Shown: piece by piece, positions 1 to 9,600 of the stretch
Layout of the letters: each line of letters begins with the position of its first letter
Position numbering within the stretch: position 1 is the stretch's first letter
DNA from: a virus
Direction: 5' to 3' (one strand)
DNA: 64,000 bases
IMG/VR virus record: IMGVR_UViG_3300046007_008377
Span: 5,009-69,008 of that record
Notes under the pieces: model-generated
The model's database searches: none
Told to the model about the DNA's origin: nothing
What the model saw: the letters and a program-made list of their open reading frames with translations, nothing else
Position numbers and translations under genes: made by a program

Positions 1-1
1 T

Positions 2-3000
2 AATGCTGGCGTATTGAAAAACGTTACCGGCAATATAAAAAAGACAAATTTTAATATTCCTGGAGCCAAAACAATAGGTAAAGGCACATTGCCTTCAAAA
101 AACAAAGTTTACAATTTTATTTCTGGAAATATTCATGATTATATTATTGAAACAGATGTAACTACTTGGCAATCTGTAATTGTTGTTCAATCTACAGTTG
201 GAAAATTACTAAATTTTAATCCTAATAAACGAGTAACTAATGTAGATATTATTATTGACCCAGAAGGCAATGGTGATTTGTTGTGTTTTAGCGGAGACAA
301 CAATCCGCCAAGATGTTTAAATATTCAAACTGCTAAAAATTGGGGAGTTGACGGATTTTCAGAACAAGAAATTTCACTCATTAAAGCTCCACCTTTATTT
401 CCAATTACGTTTACTCCTTTAATTTCAACGGAAAATCCTAAAGCAAATTTTTTAGAAGATAGATTTTTGTCATTTGCATATCGTTATAAATACACAGACG
501 GACAATATTCGGCTATTTCTACTTGGTCTGAATATTTTTTTATTCCTGGAGTTTTTAATTTAGATTTTGACACATTTGAAAATTTAGGGATGTTAAATAT
601 TTATAATGCCGTTAATTTAACTTTTAATACAGGAGCAACAGATGTAGTAGGATTGGATTTACTATTTAAATTGTCTAATGAATACACTCCTTATGTAATA
701 GATAAATTTATAAAAGCAGATGAAGATTGGGGTAATAATCAAGACATAACTTTAGAGTTTAATAATTCTAAAGTTTACGGAATATTACCTGAAAGCGAAT
801 TTTACAGAAGTTACGATAACGTTCCTCACGAATCAATTTCTCAAGCAATAATAGGTAATAGAATTGCTTACGCAAATTATTTAGAAGACCGCGATTTAAT
901 TGATTCTAACGGAAATAAAGTAATCATGGATTATTCTTTAGAATTAATTGCCAATAATGTTTCCGAAACAAATATAGCCGTACAAAGTTTACCGATAAAC
1001 TACAACTACGGAGGAATTCCAATAACTTTAGACGACGGATTAATTAGTTTTGATCTTAGTTCTGTTTCTTTTATTGCAGGATCTGGAATTTTTATTGATT
1101 TTGATTTAAAAAGCAATTCGGAAAACAATGTGTTTAAAAGCACTTTTATTTATACTTTAGTATCTAATTATGCTAATTTAAACGATTTTTTTGCAAACTC
1201 CGATTTTTTAATTGAATTACAAAATTACACGTTTTATTTTGAAAATAATGGAGGAATTGTATTGCCTTTTAATTATGTTCCTCCTTATGTTGTAGAACAA
1301 GGATTTGACGCTGTTGTGGTTGGAGATTCAATAAATATTACATTTCCAGTAATTAAATATGAAATATTAGGAACGCCAAGCAATACATTTATTTATGATT
1401 ATTTTTACGATGAAAACACATTTGTTGTTGTTAAAGACATAGTAGTTGCGACATCATTAAAATCATTAAGAAGTTACGAAATTTGCATGTTATATAGAGA
1501 TGCTCAAGGAAGAAAAACTACCGCATTAACAAGCGTTAAAAATACATTATTTATTCCTAACGAAAATTCTATTACTCAAAATCAAATAAAAGTTATAGTC
1601 CCAACAACTCAATTGCCTCCTACTTGGGCAGACACTTATAAATTTGGAATAAAATTTAACAAACAAAATTACGAAACAATACCAATCAACATTTTTTTTG
1701 TAGACGGTATTTTTCGTTGGATAAAAATTGATGGTGAAAACATAAACAAAATTAAAGAAGGTCAAATATTATTAGTAAAAAGAGACGCTAACGGACCAGT
1801 TTTAAATGTAGTCAGAGTAAAAGTTTTGGAGTTAAAACAACAACCTTCTAACTTTTTAACTACTAATGCAATAACAACTATTGAGCCTTCTGGATTGTAT
1901 GCTAAAATACAATCTAGTAACTATCAAATGGAATATGGTTTAAATGAATTTGTAAGATACCAACAAAACCAAGACACTTACAATGATAGACCTTTTGCTT
2001 ATCTTGGAGATTTTACTATTTTAGATAATAACGGAAATAAAATTGATAGAACAATTAATCAAGGCTCAACTATTAATTTTAATTTTTCAAGTAATTATAG
2101 CGCCGATCCTCCATTTGTAGAATTTGTTAAAACGTATATTGCCCAAAGAACTTATGATAATTTTGAAGATTTTTTTAATATTCAAGTAGTTCCTGATGGA
2201 TTTGCTTCTACAAATTACCCAGATAAAATTTACAATATAGTTTTACAAAGAGGGAATTACAATCCGCCATATTTTACACCTGACTCAAATGGTTTTTTAT
2301 GGTTAATAGTAGAGGGTACTGAAGCGGGTAACGGAACAACAAGAAGAGGTTTTATAGACGCTACGCTAGATATTAGATATGTTTCTGGGATATATGTTTT
2401 TGAAACAACTCCTATTGACGCAGACCAACAAATATTTTACGAAACTCCAGAAGTTTATAAAGTAATTTCTGGGCAGCACGAATTTGTTAATCATACTCTT
2501 ACTAAAACATACAATTGTTTCTGTCAAGGTAATGGAGTTGAAAGTTTTCAAATTAGAGATGCTTTTAACGAAAGATATTTAAATGTTGATTTTGTTCCAA
2601 CAGCAGTTAGCGAGGACGAATACAGGCAGGTGCGCAGATTTAAAGATATTACTTATAGCGGAATATACAATTCTACTACAAATGTAAATGAGTTAAATGC
2701 TTTTAATTTATCATTAGCAAATTTTAAAGATGATATGGAAAGTAATTACGGCCCTATTTACAAAATGCGTGGTAAAGACACAAACTTAGAAGTTTGTCAA
2801 GAAGATAGAGATTCTATTGTGTTTTACGGAAAAGATATGCTTTTTAATGCCGACGGAACCACTAACTTATCTCGTATTCAAGATGTTTTAGGACAGCAGA
2901 AAGTTTACGAGGGAGAATATGGTATTTCTACTCATACTGATAGCTATGATTACTATGAAAATACTTCCTATCATACTGATTTTAAGCGCGGAGTTGTTGT

Positions 3001-3874
3001 TAAAAAAGGCGGTAATGGATTGTTTGAGATTTCTGCTTTAGGAATGAGAACTTATTTTAAAAAGCTATTTAGAGATAATACTATAAATGAAATAATTGGC
3101 CGATACGATCAATTTTACGATTACTATTTGCTTAACATCAAATACACAGATAAAAACAATATTTCAAAATATGTAACTTGGGCATTTTCTGACAAAGTTA
3201 ATGGTTGGCTAACAAGGATTACTTTTAATCCAGAAGATATGACTAGAATAAACTCGCATTTTGTATCTTTTAAAAATGGAGAAATTTGGCTGCACAATCA
3301 AGATACTTTGTTTAATACTTTTTATGGAGTTCAAACAGATACATCTTTTCAATTTAATTTTAGCCAAGAACCAAGTGCTAGAAAAATATTTAAAGCATTA
3401 TCAATAGAAGGAACTACTAATTTGCAAATTGCCTGCGAAACAGATTTAGAAAAAGGATATGTAAACAATGTAGATTTCGAAAAGAAAGAAGGTGTTTATT
3501 ATGCGTATGTAAGAGGTAAAAACGGAGAATTGAATACTTCTCAGTTAAGTTTTCAAGGTATTGGAGAATGCGTTGTCAATGTATTGACTTTAGAATTTGC
3601 TTTTGAATTAGATTCTATTTTATCTGTTGGAGATGTAATTTTAAATTCAAATTTGCAAATTGTAGGAACGGTATTAAGTAAAACGTCTAATTCACTAACA
3701 TTAGACACAGTAAACAATATTGTTTCTGGAGATTATGTATTAGCCACAAAACCTGAAAGCGTTCAAAAACAAGGAATTTTAGGATATTTTATGAAAGTAG
3801 GCGCGTCTTTTTCAAGCAATACACAACAAGAAATTTACGCGATAAATTCAGAGGTAATAAAGTCGTACATGTAA
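2..3874 (+). CDS. Podovirus-type tail stabilisation/nozzle protein (5' truncated by window edge)
   Basis: Frame is open from base 2 (NAGVLKNVTGN...), so the TTG at 14 is not the true start. About 1290 aa, beta-rich; motifs DNNPPRCLN, FAYRYKYTDGQYSAIS, GNRIAYANY, YEGEYGIS, KKEGVYYAY recall crAss-like/P22 gp10-like stabilisation proteins. Precedes the ejected-protein genes. Confidence 0.7.
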   Translation, partial: NAGVLKNVTGNIKKTNFNIPGAKTIGKGTLPSKNKVYNFISGNIHDYIIETDVTTWQSVIVVQSTVGKLLNFNPNKRVTNVDIIIDPEGNGDLLCFSGDNNPPRCLNIQTAKNWGVDGFSEQEISLIKAPPLFPITFTPLISTENPKANFLEDRFLSFAYRYKYTDGQYSAISTWSEYFFIPGVFNLDFDTFENLGMLNIYNAVNLTFNTGATDVVGLDLLFKLSNEYTPYVIDKFIKADEDWGNNQDITLEFNNSKVYGILPESEFYRSYDNVPHESISQAIIGNRIAYANYLEDRDLIDSNGNKVIMDYSLELIANNVSETNIAVQSLPINYNYGGIPITLDDGLISFDLSSVSFIAGSGIFIDFDLKSNSENNVFKSTFIYTLVSNYANLNDFFANSDFLIELQNYTFYFENNGGIVLPFNYVPPYVVEQGFDAVVVGDSINITFPVIKYEILGTPSNTFIYDYFYDENTFVVVKDIVVATSLKSLRSYEICMLYRDAQGRKTTALTSVKNTLFIPNENSITQNQIKVIVPTTQLPPTWADTYKFGIKFNKQNYETIPINIFFVDGIFRWIKIDGENINKIKEGQILLVKRDANGPVLNVVRVKVLELKQQPSNFLTTNAITTIEPSGLYAKIQSSNYQMEYGLNEFVRYQQNQDTYNDRPFAYLGDFTILDNNGNKIDRTINQGSTINFNFSSNYSADPPFVEFVKTYIAQRTYDNFEDFFNIQVVPDGFASTNYPDKIYNIVLQRGNYNPPYFTPDSNGFLWLIVEGTEAGNGTTRRGFIDATLDIRYVSGIYVFETTPIDADQQIFYETPEVYKVISGQHEFVNHTLTKTYNCFCQGNGVESFQIRDAFNERYLNVDFVPTAVSEDEYRQVRRFKDITYSGIYNSTTNVNELNAFNLSLANFKDDMESNYGPIYKMRGKDTNLEVCQEDRDSIVFYGKDMLFNADGTTNLSRIQDVLGQQKVYEGEYGISTHTDSYDYYENTSYHTDFKRGVVVKKGGNGLFEISALGMRTYFKKLFRDNTINEIIGRYDQFYDYYLLNIKYTDKNNISKYVTWAFSDKVNGWLTRITFNPEDMTRINSHFVSFKNGEIWLHNQDTLFNTFYGVQTDTSFQFNFSQEPSARKIFKALSIEGTTNLQIACETDLEKGYVNNVDFEKKEGVYYAYVRGKNGELNTSQLSFQGIGECVVNVLTLEFAFELDSILSVGDVILNSNLQIVGTVLSKTSNSLTLDTVNNIVSGDYVLATKPESVQKQGILGYFMKVGASFSSNTQQEIYAINSEVIKSYM

Positions 3875-3880
3875 AATTAG

Positions 3881-3888
3881 TATATTTG
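3881..3888 (+). promoter_or_regulatory. Bacteroidota sigma70 -7 box (TATATTTG)
   Basis: Matches TAnnTTTG consensus, 18 nt before the 3907 start. Confidence 0.55.
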
Positions 3889-3906
3889 TAAAAGCAAATA
3901 ATCAAT

Positions 3907-4302
3907 ATGTCGTTTACAGTAAAAAAACACAGCAAAGAAGATTTTTATCAAACATTTAATAAATGGTTAGAAACTCAAAATTTTCCTTTAATAAATAAAG
4001 AAGTTCTTCCTAAAAATTGTTTTGTTTGTTATATTGAAGAAACTCCGTGTTATTGTATTTGGGTGTATTTTACAGATTCAAAATTAGCTTGGATTGCCTT
4101 TCCTGCAAGTAATAAAAACGTAAGTTTTAAAACAAAAAACGGAGGGCTTGATTTTTTAATTAATTATGTTTGTGATTATTTAAAAAGAAAAAAAATGATG
4201 ACAGCTTTTACTACTAGCGCAAGCGAAAGCGTTATTTTGGCTTTAAAAAAAGTAGGTTTTGACAAAGGAGATGAATGTGTTCATTTCATTAAAAAATTAT
4301 AA
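3907..4302 (+). CDS. GNAT-fold-like protein of the tail/ejection module
   Basis: 131 aa alpha/beta pattern ending LKKVGF; typical podovirus position between tail and ejected-protein genes. Confidence 0.5.
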   Translation: MSFTVKKHSKEDFYQTFNKWLETQNFPLINKEVLPKNCFVCYIEETPCYCIWVYFTDSKLAWIAFPASNKNVSFKTKNGGLDFLINYVCDYLKRKKMMTAFTTSASESVILALKKVGFDKGDECVHFIKKL

Positions 4303-4304
4303 TT

Positions 4305-5144
4305 ATGGGAGTAGCTAGTGCTATAACAGGAGGATTAGGTGTTGGTATGGGAATATACCAAACAATCGCTGGTGCAAAAGAAAAACGTGATGCTGAAAAC
4401 GCATTAGAAAATTATCAACGACAAGAGTTAGAAAATGTTCAAAAAGATCGTGCAGTTTCTACATTAGGGGCTGATTTACAACGTGAAGAAGCAGCGCGTT
4501 TAGCTTCTGGACAAATTTCTGCTTTACAAGGAGGCGGTACTCGTGCATTGGTAGGTGGACTTGGGCGTGTTGAAGTTGGTACTCAAAATGTAAATCAGCA
4601 AATTGGAGCAAATTTAGACATGCAGCAAAAAGAAATTGATGCTGCAATTGCTCAAGACGACGCAAACATTCGCTCTATGCAAGAAGCGCGTGAAAACGCA
4701 GATATAGAAGGATTATCTTCGCAATATATGTCAGGTAAACAAGATCAAAATACAGGGCTAGGAAATATAGTAATGGGCGCTGGAATGGCAGCTAATTCTA
4801 TTGGAGCAATGAATAGTTCTGGAGCAGGATCCGAGGGAGCAAGTGGAATTACTACAAGCGGTACTGCAACAGGTCCAAATACTCCAATGAGTTCTACAAA
4901 TATGAGATTTGCGCCTCAATCTGGGTATGCTAACGCGCCAATTTTGACAAATCCTGCATACAATCCTCAAAATTATGGACCGCAAAACGCTTACGGAATA
5001 TTTAATCAACAATATCCATACGGAAATTCGTATGGGCCTAAACAACAAGTGGTAGGCACATCTCCTACAACTCAATTTGGGCAATTTGGACGCGGAATGT
5101 TTGCTCAACCAGGAATACCACAATCAGGGTATTATAACCGATAA
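4305..5144 (+). CDS. Putative ejected (internal virion) protein
   Basis: Gly/Ala-rich hydrophobic N-terminus, Gln-rich helical middle, low-complexity C-terminus; position. Confidence 0.55.
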   Translation: MGVASAITGGLGVGMGIYQTIAGAKEKRDAENALENYQRQELENVQKDRAVSTLGADLQREEAARLASGQISALQGGGTRALVGGLGRVEVGTQNVNQQIGANLDMQQKEIDAAIAQDDANIRSMQEARENADIEGLSSQYMSGKQDQNTGLGNIVMGAGMAANSIGAMNSSGAGSEGASGITTSGTATGPNTPMSSTNMRFAPQSGYANAPILTNPAYNPQNYGPQNAYGIFNQQYPYGNSYGPKQQVVGTSPTTQFGQFGRGMFAQPGIPQSGYYNR

Positions 5145-5156
5145 ATTAAAAAAAAC

Positions 5157-6686
5157 ATGGCTATAGGAAGAGTTGGATCATTTGCCACAGACAGACCGAT
5201 ACAAGACACCGTTGGTGATGCTTTAAAGTACACCGAGCAAATGGCTTTTAAATATCGTGAAGAAGACGAAAAGAAAAAAGCTGCAATTGCTAAAGAAAAA
5301 GAAGAAAAAGAAAAATTATTAAAACCTTTAGATGATAAAGTAACATATACGCCTTATGATTCTGATAACGCAATGAGGTTTGATTTGGCAAATAAATTAA
5401 GAACAAGAATTGATCAAGCTTCAGACGATGTAAGAAAAGGAAAAATATCTCAACAAGATTGGAACTTAATAAATGCCAATGCAAAAGCAACTTTAGATTT
5501 TGTTAATCAAGGAGCCGCAAACATCAATACGCAAGCTGCTAATATGGCAAAATTAGCGGCTGAAGGGAAATTAGCTAAAGGATCTGTTGACGAGGCTTTG
5601 AGGCTAGGTGGCGCGGTAGACAATAGAAGAATTAATTTTGAAATAAATCCTGACGGAACTGCAAACACAATTTTATTTGATGAAAACAATGAAATTATTG
5701 AAAAAGGAGGTATAGACAAAGTAGGATCTACTATTTACAATCCTGTTTTAAATGTAGATTATGATGCAGAATTGCAACAATTTAAAACTGCAAACCCTAT
5801 TGATTTTACAGAAACTCTTACAGGAACTAGGAAGGTTGGCGTTAAAGAATTAACTCCTAGACTAAAAAGCACTATTGATAAATATGCAGAAGCAAAATTA
5901 GCAGATAAAGATGCTTTAATAAACGCTTACTACAATGAAACTGGTATATTTAAAAAAGACATCACAAGTCCTGAAGACATTGCTTTGGCTAAAAAATACA
6001 TTGTAGAGAAATTTGAAGGTTCTTACAATAAAGAATTGACTGTTGATGAAGCTACTCAAAGAGCAAATTTAGCGCGCCAAAAAGCCTTAGACGAAAAAGA
6101 CAAAGTAAAAATTAAAGATTTTAAATTTGACAATTATAGAAAAGACGACTTTGTAGGTAATGTAGTAGATCCAAAAACAGTTTATACAAATGGAGTCTCG
6201 TTTACTAAGCCTATTGGAATAGCTAATTTAGGAGGAGCAAATTCTGACTTAAATATGGTTCAAGTTTTAGGTTTTACGAAAGACAAAACGACTGGAGATC
6301 TTGTTTTTACAGGTAAAGCACTTAAAACTAAAAATGCTAAATTTACTGTTGGAGGAAAAACTTATGATTTTTCTACGGTATCTGATTTAGCCGCAGGAGG
6401 TAATCAAGAAGCTCAAGCAGCTTTAACATCTTATAATGTAGCAAATAATTACGGAAACTTTACTAGAAGATTACCTAGCGAAGACGAAGCAAATGCCGTT
6501 CTTGGCGCAATAGGATTAGATTATGCAGCGGCTATTAATATATTGGAAAAGAAAAATCCAACCGCAAAAAAATCTACAACAAAACCTAAAGCAAATACTC
6601 AAGACGATTTTAATGCTAAATGGGCTAAATTAAAGCCAGGAGAAACTTTAGTTGGTCCTGATGGTAAAACCTATAAGAAAAAATAA
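5157..6686 (+). CDS. Putative ejected/internal virion protein
   Basis: 509 aa helical ORF tightly coupled to neighbours; C-terminal LKPGETLVGPDGKTYKK motif. Confidence 0.5.
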   Translation: MAIGRVGSFATDRPIQDTVGDALKYTEQMAFKYREEDEKKKAAIAKEKEEKEKLLKPLDDKVTYTPYDSDNAMRFDLANKLRTRIDQASDDVRKGKISQQDWNLINANAKATLDFVNQGAANINTQAANMAKLAAEGKLAKGSVDEALRLGGAVDNRRINFEINPDGTANTILFDENNEIIEKGGIDKVGSTIYNPVLNVDYDAELQQFKTANPIDFTETLTGTRKVGVKELTPRLKSTIDKYAEAKLADKDALINAYYNETGIFKKDITSPEDIALAKKYIVEKFEGSYNKELTVDEATQRANLARQKALDEKDKVKIKDFKFDNYRKDDFVGNVVDPKTVYTNGVSFTKPIGIANLGGANSDLNMVQVLGFTKDKTTGDLVFTGKALKTKNAKFTVGGKTYDFSTVSDLAAGGNQEAQAALTSYNVANNYGNFTRRLPSEDEANAVLGAIGLDYAAAINILEKKNPTAKKSTTKPKANTQDDFNAKWAKLKPGETLVGPDGKTYKKK

Positions 6687-6688
6687 AT

Positions 6689-9600
6689 ATGTTACAGCCT
6701 AAACCAAAATTTACACCGCCAAGTGACGCTGTTGTTGTTGAGTCAGAAAGTTCTTTTGTTCCGCCTTCAGATGCCATTGAAATAAAAAAAAAAGAACCTG
6801 CGGAATCGACTTCTACTACTCCAGAGAAAAATTTGGAATCGGTACAGAAAGTTGGTTCTTCGGATATAATAGGTTCTGATGGCGTTTCTAGACTTAAACC
6901 TGATTTAAAAACTGCTGAGCAATCAGCAAATCCGCCAAAGTCAAAAGTTGATCAAACAAAATCTATTAAAAAATTTGAAGGATTAATTCCTGACAAAACA
7001 AAAGGATTTTACCAAAAAGGGGAAGAAAACGTAGGGAATAAAGCATATATTGATAGCGGCTTTAAAAACAAGACAGAATATGTTGTTGAAAATAATCAAT
7101 TAGCGCCAAAAACTAAAACTACTTATGTTAGTGAGGCAACTAAAAACTTAAAGGCAAATTACGCTAAAGAGGTTGGTAGAAAGTCAATTTCAGAATACGA
7201 TCCTAATTTAACCGAAGAAAATTTACAAAGGGAAAAAGAGCAGTCTGGCGTACTCAACACGTTAGGAAAAGTCGGTAAATACGTATTAAACGCTACAGGA
7301 GAAAGTCTATCAGCTTTAAACGAAGCTTTTGGTGGTGATGAGGGTTATTTTACTATTGACCAATACAAGCCGTTACAAGACCAAAAAACACAAGCTAAAT
7401 CTGAATTACAAAGAGAAGGACTTCCTATTACTGAAGAAGCTATTCAAAAAAGAGCAGAAGACATTTTTAGAAAAGAAGATAGAATCCAACAAATTCAAAA
7501 AAGAGTTGATGCAAATTTACCTGAAGATTACGATAGAGAAGGTATTTGGAAAGAATTAAAATTAGACAATCTTAAAAACAACGATAAATTAAGGTCGGCA
7601 GTTGCTACAATAGACATAAATAAAAAGCAAATAGACGATTTTAATAAATATGCGGCATACATAAATAGTTTACCAAAAGAAAAAGTTACTCAAGAAAAGG
7701 TTGATAAGTACAACAAACTATTGGCAGATGCGCAAGATTCTTCTGAATCCTTAGAATACTACAAAAAATCATTTCCTAAATTACTTAAAGAGGTAAAAAG
7801 TAGCGACGAGTTGTTAGATGTAATGAAATTTAATTACGACGACTACGAAAAGGCATATTCTAATATTACAGGCCTTGGAAAAACAATAGCAATGGGGTCT
7901 TTAAAACTTGCTGGAGAAACGGCAAATTATACTGACCAACTATTAGGTAGAGAAGGCGGCGACATCGGATATAGACAAGAAATAATAGACGTTGCCAACG
8001 AAGAGCTTGATAAAAACAGACAAGACAAAGAACAATTCATTCGGTATAAAGCAAAAGATATTAGCAGTTTTTCTGATGGAGGTTCGTTTATGGCGCAATT
8101 AGGTACAGAACAATTACCTGTTTACGCTACTTTGTTATTGGCTCCTGAAATTGGACTTCCCTTATTGGGAACAGGAACAGCTGGAGAGCAATTTAGAAAC
8201 ATGGAAGTAGAAGAAATGCAACCATTTGCAAAACAAACTACTTTTGGACAAAAATTAGCTACAGCTTATTTATACGGAAGTGCTGAAACTTTATTCGAAA
8301 GATTAGGAACGGTAGGTATTTTAAAAAATATTGAAAAATCAATAGCTAGAGCATCAAATGCTTCAAGAAGATTAATTTACGAAGGTGCGGCAAAGGAGTC
8401 TACAAAATTAGCAAAACGACTTGGACTTAATACGGCAATAGAAGGAGGTACAGAATATTTAACAGCAGAAGCGCAAATTGGAGCAGACAGATATGTTTCT
8501 GGAAAAAACATATCTAGCCAACAAGCCAATGAAAGACGTTTTGAAAGCACAGTTGCAGGAGGTTTGATGGGAGGCTCAATGACTTTAGTAGGTGGAGTTT
8601 GGGGTTCTATTGCGCAAAATGCAAAATTATATTCAGAAAATAAAGACATTAAAGAAACTAAAGCAATTCTTTCTCAAATTGATTTATTAAGCAATGAATT
8701 AAAAAACAATCCTAACTTAACTACTGAAGACAAAAAAATAATTTACGACAAAATGAATGACTTAACTAATAAGTCGTTTGATATTGTAATTAAAAACTCT
8801 GAAAAAGGAAAAAACTTTTCGGCTAAAGAAAATCAATTTTTAGTAGACATAAACGTTAAGCAAGACCAATTAAAACAAAAGTTTGAAGAATTAAAAAATT
8901 CAAACATTTCTAAAGAGCAAAAAGAATTATTAACTACAGACTTAAACAACCAGTACAAGCAGTTAGAAAAAGATCGTAATAGCACTTTAAAAGGAGAGTT
9001 CGAGACAATTCCAGACATTAGAAAAATCATAACTTTTCAAAAGAAAGAAGAAGATAATTTAAAAGATGATGAAGCTCCAATTAATAAAAATAAATTACAA
9101 CCCGAATTGGGATTGCAAGAGGAAACTATCGCTACTGCACAATTGCAAGAAGTAGCAATACCAGATTGGCTTAGACAAGAATATGATGATAGACTTAAAC
9201 AGTATAAAGAAAACATTTCTACTGCAAAAAAATATTTAGAAGAAGAAAAAGCAAAAGGATTCTTTTCAAGAAGTAAAAGCGAAATAAAATACTATGAAGA
9301 TGATGTAAAATTTAATGAAGATAAGGTTAAATTACTGACAGAAAACCCTGTTGAATTTTACAAACAACAATTAAAATCTGTAAAAGAAAGCCATGAGGAA
9401 AGACTTAATTACGATTCTACATACAAACAAGACTTAATAGATAGATTTGGCACTACTGATTTTAATATAACTTATTCTGATGCAATTGACAACATTAATG
9501 GAAAAATTAGAGATTACGAAAGTGTACAAAAAACAGCCAATGAAAATGCACAAATAAAGGCAGAAGAATTTAAGCAACCTACGCAAGAACAAACCAACGA

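Noticed and set aside
7329-7559. 76-aa +1 ORF inside the 1376-aa gene
   Set aside because: TTG start, no initiation context, K/L-rich shadow composition and ordinary zero-frame codon usage.
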